Shown: positions 53,370 through 62,449 of the stretch, piece by piece | How positions within the stretch are numbered: position 1 is the stretch's first letter | Layout of the letters: the number at the start of each line of letters is the position of its first letter | Origin: an uncultured Bacillota bacterium | Lineage (GTDB): Bacteria; Bacillota_I; Bacilli_A; Erysipelotrichales; Erysipelotrichaceae | Direction: 5' to 3' | DNA length: 62,449 nt | NCBI GenBank assembly: GCA_900319675.1 | Contig: ONPK01000001.1 | Location: 1-62,449 of the forward strand | Program-made: the position numbers and the translations under genes | The notes under the pieces: model-generated | Told to the model about the DNA's origin: nothing | Seen by the model: the letters and a program-made list of their open reading frames with translations, nothing else | Database searches by the model: none

Positions 53370-55988
53370 ATGGCAAGAAAGAACAATAATACCGACAGCA
53401 GGCTCGTTGAAAAGAAGCTCGAAGATTATGCTCTTCTGAACAAGGAAGAGCTGTTCGAGCGTTTTGAAATTGACAACGGCGGCTTAAGCACGGAACAGGT
53501 AGCGGCCAATACCGAAAAGTACGGTAAGAACATAATCAACCAGAGCAACGAGAACACATTGATAATCCGTCTTAGAGACGCCATCATCAATCCGTTTAAC
53601 ATCGTTCTGTTGGCAGTATCTGGCGTTACGTACTTTACTGACGTAGTACTGGCTGAAAAGGCCAGCTATGCGACCTTCGCGATGCTTCTGATCATCGTGG
53701 CCATTTCCTCTGCCGTATCCTTCATACAGTCAGAAAAGAGCAACAACGCAGCCAGACAGCTGCAGAAGATGATAAGCAATAACATCGAGGTAATAAGAAA
53801 CGGCTATACTTTGAGCATCAACATTGAGGATGCCGTTCCCGGTGACATCGTTAAGCTGGGAGCTGGCGACATGGTACCGGGCGATGTCCGCTTCTACGAT
53901 CTGAAGGACCTGTTCATTGACCAGTCACAGCTGACCGGTGAATCGGTACCGGTGGAAAAGTTCACCGATTGCCGTGAACATGACAATATCACCGAGCTGT
54001 CCAACATCGGCTTCATGGGCAGTAACATCGTTTCAGGCAGTGCCAAGGCGGTAATTCTTTCCACGGGTAATTACACCTACTTCGGTTCAATGGCCAAGTC
54101 ACTGTCTTCCGAAGATACCAGAAGCACTTTTGATGAGAACATGGATTCAATATCCAAGCTGCTCATCAGGTTCATGTTCGTAATGATCCCGGTGATCTTC
54201 ATTGCCAACCTTCTGACCAAGAACAACTGGCTGGATTCCCTGATGTTCGGCATTACGATTGCCGTAGGTCTGATGCCAGAGATGTTACCGGTAATCATGA
54301 CAAGCTCCCTGGCCAAGGGCGCCATCACCATGAGCAAGAAGAAGACCATCGTCAAGCGACTGGGTGCCATTCAGACCTTTGGTGAAATGGATGTCCTGTG
54401 TACCGATAAGACCGGTACTCTGACCGAGGACAAGGTAATACTGGAAAAGTATCTCAATGCCAGAGGTGAGGAGGACATCAGAGTTTTGTCTCATGCCTTC
54501 TTAAACAGCTACTTCCAGACGGGAATGAAGAACCTGATGGACAGAGCCATCATTGCCAGAGGCGAGAAGGAAGGACTTAACAGACTAAAGAGAGAATATG
54601 TAAGGGAAGACGAGATACCGTTTGACTTCCAGAGAAGAATGATGTCCGTTGTAATGAGGGACAAGAACATCAAGCGTCAGCTCATTACCAAGGGAGCTGT
54701 TGAGGAAGTAATATCCCGCTGCCGTTACGTTGACGTTAACGGACAGGCAGAGGAGATAAATGATGAATGGCTTGACATCGCCCGCAAGGTGGCTGATGAC
54801 AATGGCCGTGAGGGCATCAGGGTAATTGCCGTTGCTCAGAAGAATGACATTCATGATGTTGATACCTTCGGCATTGATGATGAAAAGGACATGGTATTGC
54901 TGGGATTCATCGGTTTCCTGGATCCGCCTAAGGAATCAGCCAAGCCGGCTCTGGACAACCTGAAGAAGAGCGGCATCAAGACCGTCGTTCTTACCGGTGA
55001 CAGTGAAGGCGTTGCGATTGCCGTTTCCAAGAGACTTGGAATCGACGTTACCTACACATATAACGGCGCAGCCGTAGACAAAATGAGTGATGAGGAGCTG
55101 AAGGAAGCCTGCGACAGATGTTACGTATTTGCCAAGCTCAACCCGATGCAGAAGAAGAGGATCGTTGACATTCTGCAGCAGCAGGGTCATACCGTTGGCT
55201 ACATGGGTGACGGCATCAACGACTCACCGCCTCTGAAGCAGGCAGATGTCGGCATATCAGTAGATACGGCCGTAGACATCGCCAAGGAAGTAGCTGACAT
55301 CATCCTTCTGGAGAAGGATCTGCAGGTGCTTGAGGACGGCGTCATGGAGGGCAGAAAGACCTTTGCCAACATGAACAAGTACCTCAAGATGGCCATCTCC
55401 GGTAACTTCGGCAACATGCTGTCAGTAGTGATCGCATCACTGTTACTGCCGTTCTTGCCGCTGAAGCCGGTACACATTCTGGTTCAGAACATTCTCAATG
55501 ACTTCGCCCAGCTGGGCATGCCGTTCGACAATGTTGAACCTGAATACGTTGAAAAGCCGAAGAAGTGGAACGTTACGGGAATCAGGAAGTTCATGGTTTA
55601 CTTCGGATTACTGTCAACCGTTCTTGACGTATTGTGCTTCGGCGTACTGTGGTTTGTATTCCGTTATGACGATCCGTCAGTGGCAGAGTTCTTCCAGTGC
55701 GGATGGTTCATGTTTGGCGTAATTTCCCAGACAATGGTAATTCATACCATCAGAACACATAAGATCCCGTTCATCGGGGCAAACGCTTCAAAACAGCTGT
55801 ACATATCCAACATTGCCGTCGTCATCATTACGCTGGTGATCGGCATGACGGACATCTCCGGAATATTCGACATGGGCAAGGTGCCCGGAATCTATGGATT
55901 ATGGATGCTGTTACTGCTGTTGATCTACCTGATCATGGCACAGATAATGAAGAAGATCTACATCAAGGTCAATAAGGAATGGATATAG
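53370..55988 (+). CDS. mgtA: Magnesium-translocating P-type ATPase
   Basis: 872 aa, DKTGTLT, TGDSEGVA, MGDGINDSPPLKQADVGISV. Confidence 0.9.
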   Translation: MARKNNNTDSRLVEKKLEDYALLNKEELFERFEIDNGGLSTEQVAANTEKYGKNIINQSNENTLIIRLRDAIINPFNIVLLAVSGVTYFTDVVLAEKASYATFAMLLIIVAISSAVSFIQSEKSNNAARQLQKMISNNIEVIRNGYTLSINIEDAVPGDIVKLGAGDMVPGDVRFYDLKDLFIDQSQLTGESVPVEKFTDCREHDNITELSNIGFMGSNIVSGSAKAVILSTGNYTYFGSMAKSLSSEDTRSTFDENMDSISKLLIRFMFVMIPVIFIANLLTKNNWLDSLMFGITIAVGLMPEMLPVIMTSSLAKGAITMSKKKTIVKRLGAIQTFGEMDVLCTDKTGTLTEDKVILEKYLNARGEEDIRVLSHAFLNSYFQTGMKNLMDRAIIARGEKEGLNRLKREYVREDEIPFDFQRRMMSVVMRDKNIKRQLITKGAVEEVISRCRYVDVNGQAEEINDEWLDIARKVADDNGREGIRVIAVAQKNDIHDVDTFGIDDEKDMVLLGFIGFLDPPKESAKPALDNLKKSGIKTVVLTGDSEGVAIAVSKRLGIDVTYTYNGAAVDKMSDEELKEACDRCYVFAKLNPMQKKRIVDILQQQGHTVGYMGDGINDSPPLKQADVGISVDTAVDIAKEVADIILLEKDLQVLEDGVMEGRKTFANMNKYLKMAISGNFGNMLSVVIASLLLPFLPLKPVHILVQNILNDFAQLGMPFDNVEPEYVEKPKKWNVTGIRKFMVYFGLLSTVLDVLCFGVLWFVFRYDDPSVAEFFQCGWFMFGVISQTMVIHTIRTHKIPFIGANASKQLYISNIAVVIITLVIGMTDISGIFDMGKVPGIYGLWMLLLLLIYLIMAQIMKKIYIKVNKEWI

Positions 55989-56000
55989 GAGGCATGGACA

Positions 56001-57023
56001 ATGACTGAAAAGTTAAATGACGAAATAATGGACGAAAGATATTATGCCCAGGAAATATTCGATCTGGTCCGCAAGACACCGGATAAGAAGAAGCTTGCCA
56101 ATGCCCTGTCATACTATCATGACAACGACATAGCCAGTGCTCTGAGCTATCTTACACCAAAGGAAAGAAAACATCTTTATGATTCGATCGGCATAGAGAA
56201 TACTTCCCGTGTCTTCGCCTATCTGGATGAAGACGTAGACAAGTACTTCGCTGAACTGGAAGCTGAACAGGCTGCCGACATCATTGAGGAAATGGACGCC
56301 GACGATGCCGTCGACATCCTGGAAGGGCTGAATGATACCAAGGCCAGGGAGATCATCAAGAATCTGGAACCGGAAGCCAAGGAGGATATTGAACTGATCA
56401 ATTCCTACGCTGACAATCAGTTCGGTTCACTGATGACAACCAACTACATTGCCGTGAAATACGGCCTTTCCCTCAAGGATACAATGACGTCTCTGATAGA
56501 GCAGGCTAAGGAAAACGATAACATCGGTACGATTTACCTGCTGAATGAAAACGATACGCTGCACGGCGCAATTGACTTAAGAGACGTACTTACCGCCAAG
56601 AATGAAAAGGATTTTGAGGACAGGATCATCACGTCATACCCGTATGTATATGCCGACAGGCTGATCAGTGACGAATCACTGGACATGCTGATCGACTATG
56701 ATGAAGACTCCATTCCGGTACTGTCTGAACAGACAAATGAACTGTTAGGTGTCATTACCGCTCAGGATCTGGCAGAGATCTCATTCGACGAACTCGATGA
56801 GCCGGAAGAAATGGAAGCGGCCAAGCCTGTTGAAAAGAAAGACAGAAGCTGGATGCTGATACTGTGCGGTCTGGTCGTTCTGGTAATCGCTGCCCTGATT
56901 GGTCACGGCTCATTACCTGATGACAAGACCAGGGAAACGGCCTTCATCCTGCTGCTGATTGCCGGTGCCGTAATGAGCGGTGCAGGATTGTACGTTTCCA
57001 CTTCCCGTAAGAGAGAACAATAG
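56001..57023 (+). CDS. MgtE N-domain plus CBS-pair protein with two C-terminal TM helices (no MgtE channel domain)
   Basis: MgtE_N-like acidic helices (AADIIEEMDADDAVDILEGL), CBS pair (FGSLMTTNYIAV.. / ..IPVLSEQTNELLGVITAQDL), then WMLILCGLVVLVIAALIG and AFILLLIAGAVMSGAGLYV. Confidence 0.75.
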   Translation: MTEKLNDEIMDERYYAQEIFDLVRKTPDKKKLANALSYYHDNDIASALSYLTPKERKHLYDSIGIENTSRVFAYLDEDVDKYFAELEAEQAADIIEEMDADDAVDILEGLNDTKAREIIKNLEPEAKEDIELINSYADNQFGSLMTTNYIAVKYGLSLKDTMTSLIEQAKENDNIGTIYLLNENDTLHGAIDLRDVLTAKNEKDFEDRIITSYPYVYADRLISDESLDMLIDYDEDSIPVLSEQTNELLGVITAQDLAEISFDELDEPEEMEAAKPVEKKDRSWMLILCGLVVLVIAALIGHGSLPDDKTRETAFILLLIAGAVMSGAGLYVSTSRKREQ

Positions 57024-57031
57024 GACGTAAT

Positions 57032-57062
57032 AAAAGACAGAACATGATGTTCTGTCTTTTTT
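57032..57062. terminator. Bidirectional terminator
   Basis: Stem AAAAGACAGAAC/GTTCTGTCTTTT. Confidence 0.75.
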
Positions 57063-57066
57063 ATGT

Positions 57067-57864
57067 TCAGAATTCAATTCTTTCCAGATCGTCGGGTACG
57101 AATATCCCTCCGCTGAAGTAATCTCTTCCTTCTTCGGTGTAATCGCGCTTCCTGACATCCATGTGTCTGTCCTCAGTGTGATATATGAGAATGTTCTCTG
57201 CCTTTATTTTTTCCGCTGTCTGACAGGCTTCCATGACGGTTGAATGCTTGGCGTGATGCGGATTGAATATACAGGCATCCCTTTCCATGCAGAAGGACTC
57301 ATGCATTAAGAGCTTACAGCCTTCAGCGAGATGGAAATTCTCTTCTGCCAATGGCTCATCCCCGCAGAATACATATCTGTCATCTTTGTGATCCTTCATT
57401 ATGAAGCCGTATTGAGTTACCTTTCTGGCGTGAGTATCAAAGAAGGTGACCTCATTGTCCAGGATGTCTGCCTTCTGACCGTCCTCTACGGTGATGAAGA
57501 AGAGATTTATTCCCAGCAGGGCAGTGACGCTGTCTTCAAACTGCAGTTCTGCAAGAGTCGAAACCAGATTCATTACGTCACGGTTGCCGTGTATTCTCAA
57601 CAGGGTATCCGGATTCTTTCTTGTGCGGGATATGAAACTGCGCAGTATCCAGGATATGCCGGTAATGTGATCGGTGTGCTTGTGGGAAATGAAGATGTCG
57701 TGGATGTTTTCCAGCCTGTAGCCGGCTCTGGCGATTTGCGGCAGGATCTCATAGCCGCCACCCGTATCAACCAGCATGGCTCTGTCGTTGTCTTCCATGA
57801 TGAAACAGGTATTGAAGCAGTTGTTTACCATGGCGTGTCCGGTTCCCAGCATCGTTATCTTCAT
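57067..57864 (-). CDS. MBL-fold metallo-hydrolase
   Basis: MLGTG, SHKHTDHITG. The ORF opens at GTG 57873. Confidence 0.85.
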   Translation of the reverse strand: MKITMLGTGHAMVNNCFNTCFIMEDNDRAMLVDTGGGYEILPQIARAGYRLENIHDIFISHKHTDHITGISWILRSFISRTRKNPDTLLRIHGNRDVMNLVSTLAELQFEDSVTALLGINLFFITVEDGQKADILDNEVTFFDTHARKVTQYGFIMKDHKDDRYVFCGDEPLAEENFHLAEGCKLLMHESFCMERDACIFNPHHAKHSTVMEACQTAEKIKAENILIYHTEDRHMDVRKRDYTEEGRDYFSGGIFVPDDLERIEF

Positions 57865-57922
57865 CTTTCTCACCTCAGGACTATCTTATCATAAAAGAAA
57901 AAACAGTTCATATTGAACTGTT

Positions 57923-58801
57923 TCAGTTGTTTTCGTCTTCCAGGTTGTGGTATACGAACAGCATTCTGTTCTTGCCGTTGAGGTCCTTGAGAACTTCATA
58001 GTGATCCATCGGGAAGTACTTCTTCAGTTCTGCTACGATGGCATCCTTTTCGTCATAGCCTATCTCAAAGGCCATGAAGCTCTTTTCCTTTATTACCTTG
58101 GCGGCATTTTCAAATATCTTTCTGTAGAAGAACAGTCCGTCCTGACCTCCGAATAAGGCAACGTGCGGTTCATATTCTTCTACGCTCTTCTGTACTTCCT
58201 GTTCGACAGGAATGTATGGAGGATTGGACACGAGTATGTCCAGTCGGATGTTGTTATCAATCAACGGCTGCAGCATGTCCCCCTGCATGAAGGTTATCTC
58301 ACATTCATTGAATCTGGCGTTTTCCTCAGCCTGCTTAAGAGCAGTCTCGGAGATGTCAGTTGCGTACATTCTGAATTTCGGTTCTTCCTTTTTCAGGGCG
58401 ATGGCTATGGCTCCGCTGCCTGTACCTACGTCAGCGATGGTTATCTCTTCCTTATCCCTGAAGAAGTAGTCGCTGTCAGCCAGTATGTTGGCAACCAGTT
58501 CCTCGGTCTCATATCTCGGTATCAGTACCTCGGGAGAGACGTTGATCTGGTAACCGTAGAACCACTGATGTCCGACGATGTACTGCAGAGGCTCATTGTT
58601 CAATAGCCTTCTGACACCGTCCTGGTACTTCTCGTAGAGTTCTTCGGGCATTTCATCCTCATAATGAAGATAAAGGTCATTATGAGTCATGTTGCACAGT
58701 TCCAGCATCAGAAGCTGTACGGCTTCATCAGAAAGGTCACTGTCCTTGATGTCCCTGAAGGTCTGCCATAATACGTCATGGTAGCTGGCCATCTTATTCA
58801 C
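57923..58801 (-). CDS. prmC: Release-factor glutamine N5-methyltransferase
   Basis: DVGTGSGAIA, VSNPPYI. Overlaps the prfA end. Confidence 0.92.
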   Translation of the reverse strand: MNKMASYHDVLWQTFRDIKDSDLSDEAVQLLMLELCNMTHNDLYLHYEDEMPEELYEKYQDGVRRLLNNEPLQYIVGHQWFYGYQINVSPEVLIPRYETEELVANILADSDYFFRDKEEITIADVGTGSGAIAIALKKEEPKFRMYATDISETALKQAEENARFNECEITFMQGDMLQPLIDNNIRLDILVSNPPYIPVEQEVQKSVEEYEPHVALFGGQDGLFFYRKIFENAAKVIKEKSFMAFEIGYDEKDAIVAELKKYFPMDHYEVLKDLNGKNRMLFVYHNLEDENN

Positions 58802-59855
58802 CGGCTATCTTGGCCTTCTGATCAGCTTCCAGTAAGGCGGCGATGATGTCATCGAGCTTGCCTTCCATTACTCTGTCAAGCTGCTGAAGGGTGAAGTTGA
58901 TTCTGTGGTCGGTAACTCTGTTCTGCGGATAGTTGTATGTTCTGATCTTTTCGGAACGGTCACCGGTACCGATCTTGCTGCGGCGTTCTGCACCTTTTTC
59001 GGCTTCGGCCTTTCTCTGGTAGTAGTCATATACTCTGGCCGTGATGATCCTCATGGCCTGTTCACGGTTCTGGATCTGGCTTCTGCCATCCTGGCAGTTA
59101 ACGGAGATACCAGTTGGAACGTGGGTGATCCTGACGGCTGAGTCAGTCTTGTTGATATGCTGGCCGCCGGCACCGCTGGCTCTGTGAGTCTCGATGATCA
59201 GGTCTTCCGGATTGATGTCGATCTCGGCATCCTCTACATCCGGCAGACACAGTACGGTTGCGGTAGAAGTATGGATCCTTCCGGCTGATTCGGTCTTCGG
59301 TACTCTCTGTACGCGGTGAGCACCTGATTCAAACTTCAGTTCCTTGTATACTTCCTTGCCCTTGACTAAGAAGCTAATGATGGTGAAGCCGCCGGCTTCG
59401 CTTTCTTCAGCTTCGTATATCTCGATCTTCCAGCCCTTGCTTTCAGCATATCTGGTGTACATTCTGTAAAGGTCACCGGCGAAGATGTTTCCTTCGTCAC
59501 CGCCGGCTGCGCCTCTGATTTCGATGATGGCATTGCAGTCATCGTTTGGATCCTTTGGTATTAACAGGATTTCCAGATGGTCGATCAGCTGCTGTTCCTT
59601 TTCTCTGAGTTCAGTCAGTTCAAGTTCAGCCATTTCTCTTAATTCATGGTCTGAAAGCAGTTCCTCATCGTCCTTGATGTGCTGCATTACTTCCTGCAGT
59701 TCCTGGTAAGCCTTTACCGGGGCTTCCAGATTTGACTGTTCCTTACTCAGGCGGGCGTATTCTCTGTTATCAGAAAAAGATGAATTGATCAGCAATTCAT
59801 TTATTTCGTTATATCTGTCCAGCATTCCCTGCAGTCTCTTTAACATTTTATCCAT
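58794..59855 (-). CDS. prfA: Peptide chain release factor 1
   Basis: PDVE-type decoding loop region, SGAGGQHINKT (GGQ). Confidence 0.95.
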   Translation of the reverse strand: MDKMLKRLQGMLDRYNEINELLINSSFSDNREYARLSKEQSNLEAPVKAYQELQEVMQHIKDDEELLSDHELREMAELELTELREKEQQLIDHLEILLIPKDPNDDCNAIIEIRGAAGGDEGNIFAGDLYRMYTRYAESKGWKIEIYEAEESEAGGFTIISFLVKGKEVYKELKFESGAHRVQRVPKTESAGRIHTSTATVLCLPDVEDAEIDINPEDLIIETHRASGAGGQHINKTDSAVRITHVPTGISVNCQDGRSQIQNREQAMRIITARVYDYYQRKAEAEKGAERRSKIGTGDRSEKIRTYNYPQNRVTDHRINFTLQQLDRVMEGKLDDIIAALLEADQKAKIAGE

Positions 59856-59925
59856 AGTATTTTACCTCCTGGTAAGCGTCTAAATTATACCTTGAATAAG
59901 GCATATTATCAAATCGTATAGGGCA

Positions 59926-59953
59926 GAAAAAACCTCAGCCAACTGACTGAGGT
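59926..59953 (-). terminator. Rho-independent terminator after rpmE
   Basis: Minus strand: ACCTCAG-loop-CTGAGGT followed by TTTTTTC. Confidence 0.7.
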
Positions 59954-59969
59954 CATCTTTCCAAATCTC

Positions 59970-60173
59970 TTACTTAAGTCCGTATTTCTTATTGAATTTT
60001 TCAATACGTCCTGCTGCAGCCTGGAAACGCTGTCTGCCTGTGTAGAATGGATGACAGTTTGAACATGTGTCAACTCTGATCTCCTTCTTTGTAGAATGAG
60101 TGATGAACTCATTTCCGCAAGATGTGCATACAACTTTTACTTCGTACAGGTTAGGATGAATCTTATTCTTCAT
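59970..60173 (-). CDS. rpmE: 50S ribosomal protein L31 (Zn-ribbon type)
   Basis: [30 protein letters not shown]. Confidence 0.93.
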   Translation of the reverse strand: MKNKIHPNLYEVKVVCTSCGNEFITHSTKKEIRVDTCSNCHPFYTGRQRFQAAAGRIEKFNKKYGLK

Positions 60174-60250
60174 GCTTTCGTTCTCCTTCCGCCTTGGATT
60201 TCAGTCGAATCCAAAGTAAGTGCCCATTAATATTAACATGTAGAAATCTA

Positions 60251-61519
60251 TTAATCAATAGTTTCACGCCAGATTTTTGCGCCGATATCCTTTAATTTTC
60301 CGTCCAGATTTTCATATCCTCTGTCGATGTGGAAAATGTCATGAATGGTGGTAATTCCCTCAGCCAGTAAGCCTGCAACTACCAGTCCGGAACCGCATCT
60401 TAAGTCGGTGGCCCATACGTCAGTACCCACTAACGGGGTCTTGCCGATGATGGTTGCTCTCGGGAAGGTGACAGATGTGTTGGCACCCATTCTGTTGAGC
60501 TGTTCGCAGTGCTTGAAGCGCTCCGGATAGATGGTTTCGGTCACTGTTGAAATGCCGGTTGCCTGAGTCAGCAGACTTGTTAACGGTGCCTGTAAGTCGG
60601 TGGCAAAGCCCGGATACGGAGCCGTCTTAATGTCTACGGCCTTGAGCTTGTCACTGCGGTAGATGTCAACGTAGTCGGTCTTGGCATCGATGTGAACGCC
60701 TGCTTCCTTGAGCTTGCTCATTAAGGCATCCAGGTGATATGGGATGACGTTTTCCAGAGTAACGTGATCAGCCATGGCAGCGGCCAGGATCATGAAGGTT
60801 CCGGCTTCAATGCGGTCCGGAATGATCTCGTGGAAACATCCGCCCAGTTCCTTTACGCCGTCAATGGTGATGATGTTGGTACCGGCACCCTTGATGGATG
60901 CGCCCATCTTGTTTAACAGGGTGATGACGTCAATGATCTCCGGTTCTCTGGCGGCATTTTCGATGATCGTTCTGCCTTCAGCGTATACGGCTGCCATGAT
61001 GATGTTGATGGTAGCACCGACACTGGCGATGTCCAGATAGATCTTGTTGCCTCTGAGCTTTTCGGCAACAATGGTATAGGTATTGGTTTCCTGATTGTAA
61101 TCAACATCGGCACCCAGGGCTTCAAATCCCTTGATGTGGAGGTTGATCGGTCTTGGACCCAGATTGCAACCACCTGGATTCTTGATTACTACCTTGTGGT
61201 ACTTGCCTAACAGGGCGCCCATGAAATAGTAGGATGCTCTGAGCTTGCTGACAGCTTCAATGTCCAACGGCTTGTTGGTCATGTGACTTGGGTCAATGTA
61301 TATTTCACCTTCTATGGTTGACTGTACTTCTATGTCCAGGTATTCCAGACACTTCTTAAGGCTTCCGACAACGGATATATCAGGAATTCCTACCAGTCTT
61401 ACCGGCTTGGTAGCCAGCACAGAAGCAGGAATGAGAGCGACGGTAGCGTTCTTGGCTCCGGATACTCTGATCGTACCGTTAAGGGTGTGTCCGCCTTCGA
61501 TTCTTATAACTTCTTCCAT
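60251..61519 (-). CDS. murA: UDP-N-acetylglucosamine 1-carboxyvinyltransferase
   Basis: GAKNATVA, PGGCNLGPRPINLH (active-site Cys), 422 aa. Confidence 0.93.
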   Translation of the reverse strand: MEEVIRIEGGHTLNGTIRVSGAKNATVALIPASVLATKPVRLVGIPDISVVGSLKKCLEYLDIEVQSTIEGEIYIDPSHMTNKPLDIEAVSKLRASYYFMGALLGKYHKVVIKNPGGCNLGPRPINLHIKGFEALGADVDYNQETNTYTIVAEKLRGNKIYLDIASVGATINIIMAAVYAEGRTIIENAAREPEIIDVITLLNKMGASIKGAGTNIITIDGVKELGGCFHEIIPDRIEAGTFMILAAAMADHVTLENVIPYHLDALMSKLKEAGVHIDAKTDYVDIYRSDKLKAVDIKTAPYPGFATDLQAPLTSLLTQATGISTVTETIYPERFKHCEQLNRMGANTSVTFPRATIIGKTPLVGTDVWATDLRCGSGLVVAGLLAEGITTIHDIFHIDRGYENLDGKLKDIGAKIWRETID

Positions 61520-61656
61520 AATTAAAAGCTCCTATCTGGTTCTTTAAGTATAGCATATTTTATTGTATGAATTATGTGAAGTTTTGGGCTGTCCTTTGGG
61601 TATACATGAAAGGTCATCTGTGCTAAAATGTTGATAGCGTAAAACAAGAGGAACCC

Positions 61657-62265
61657 ATGACAGAACTACTAGATAAGCGCAGCATTAATAAGGTAGTGTC
61701 ACTTCTGCAGGCAGAAGAAATTGTTTCTTTTCCCACCGATACGGTTTTTGGTATCGGTGTTATTTATAATAGCGGGAAAGCTGTTAAGAAGATGAAGGAA
61801 GCCAAGGGCAGGGATGCAGCAAAGCCGTTTCCCCTGATGGTTGCCTCAGTAGAACAGATGGATGAAGTTGCCTTTCTGGGTGACAGGGAAAGAAGAATAG
61901 CTGCCAGGTTCATGCCGGGTGCCTTGACGCTGGTACTGAATAAAAAGGATACGGTCAGGGATGAATTCGTAAACGGATTCAGGACCGTTGCCATCAGGAT
62001 ACCTGATGACAGATTTGTCTTAAGAGTACTGAAGAAAGCCGGCCCGATGTTTGTGACAAGTGCAAACCTGTCAGGTCAGCCGGCAGGAAATACCCATGAA
62101 GAAGTTCTGGCCCAGCTGGACGGCAGGATAGCCGCAGTTGTAAAGGGTGAAGCCAGATCACATGTTGCCAGTACGATCATTGACTGTACCGGCGAAGAAT
62201 TAAGGTGTCTGAGAGAGGGAACGCTGAGTTTCCAGGATATAAAAGAGGTTGCGTATGAAGGATAG
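61657..62265 (+). CDS. tsaC: L-threonylcarbamoyladenylate synthase (YrdC/Sua5 family, short form)
   Basis: [32 protein letters not shown]. Confidence 0.88.
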   Translation: MTELLDKRSINKVVSLLQAEEIVSFPTDTVFGIGVIYNSGKAVKKMKEAKGRDAAKPFPLMVASVEQMDEVAFLGDRERRIAARFMPGALTLVLNKKDTVRDEFVNGFRTVAIRIPDDRFVLRVLKKAGPMFVTSANLSGQPAGNTHEEVLAQLDGRIAAVVKGEARSHVASTIIDCTGEELRCLREGTLSFQDIKEVAYEG

Positions 62266-62449
62266 GGAAGTCGCAAGAGCCATAAGAAGAGAACTGTACA
62301 GGCAGAAAAACAACATAGAACTCATAGCTTCTGAGAACTATGCTTCCAGGGATGTCATGCAGGCAAGCGGTTCGGTTCTGACAAACAAATATGCTGAAGG
62401 ATACCCGGGCAGACGTTACTACGGCGGATGTGTCAATGTTGACTTCATT
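62255..62449 (+). CDS. glyA: Serine hydroxymethyltransferase (5' part, truncated by the window end)
   Basis: [39 protein letters not shown]. Its ATG overlaps the tsaC end. Confidence 0.9.
   Translation, partial: MKDREVARAIRRELYRQKNNIELIASENYASRDVMQASGSVLTNKYAEGYPGRRYYGGCVNVDFI

Noticed and set aside
60174-60250. Hairpin TTGGATT-N7-AATCCAA between murA and rpmE (minus strand), considered as a terminator or L31 autoregulatory site
   Set aside because: No U-tract follows the hairpin, and I know of no matching regulatory motif. It is probably just a 5'-UTR structure.
1-62449. Search for mobile elements, prophage genes, CRISPR arrays, tRNA/rRNA genes, toxin-antitoxin pairs or classical defence systems
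   Set aside because: I saw no integrase, transposase or recombinase motifs, no spaced direct-repeat arrays, no cloverleaf-like or rRNA-like segments, and no small paired ORFs typical of TA modules.

Overview
This is a 62.4 kb chromosomal segment from a low-GC Gram-positive (Bacillota) organism. The lineage call rests on an RNA polymerase delta subunit, a CIRCE operator, DivIC, a SipW-type signal peptidase and the mfd-yabO-divIC gene order. I support about 60 protein-coding genes. I found no rRNA, tRNA, CRISPR array, transposase or integrase.

Housekeeping blocks:
- mutL-miaA, pth-mfd-rqcP-divIC and acpS
- zur-znuACB
- the glpA-like trio, lplA and rpoE
- prmC-prfA-rpmE-murA and tsaC-glyA

Accessory content worth a second look:
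1. A sigma-less partner-switching operon at 39.7-43.6 kb. It encodes a STAS protein, a membrane PP2C fused to an RsbW-like kinase, a small RelA/SpoT-type HD hydrolase, and a STAS domain fused to an APH-like kinase. This is my best candidate for an undescribed signalling system.
2. A yybP-ykoY (Mn2+) riboswitch-like element with two terminators, sitting in front of a flotillin / tubby-like / membrane-protein trio.
3. mgtA with a short His-rich leader ORF and an RBS-sequestering hairpin. It is followed by an MgtE sensor module (N domain plus CBS pair) that lacks the channel.
4. A 13 kb DeoR-associated sugar locus with a split transketolase, transaldolase, an IolB-like protein, a fructose-type PTS, a class II aldolase, an RpiB-like isomerase, a DUF1537 kinase and a racemase-fold protein. 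A TTGATAA motif recurs in its promoter regions.
5. A lipoprotein serpin, a Cys-rich lipoprotein inside the znu operon, an orphan radical SAM enzyme and a deleted alpha/beta-hydrolase pseudogene.

All functional calls come from motif recognition by eye. No searches were run.
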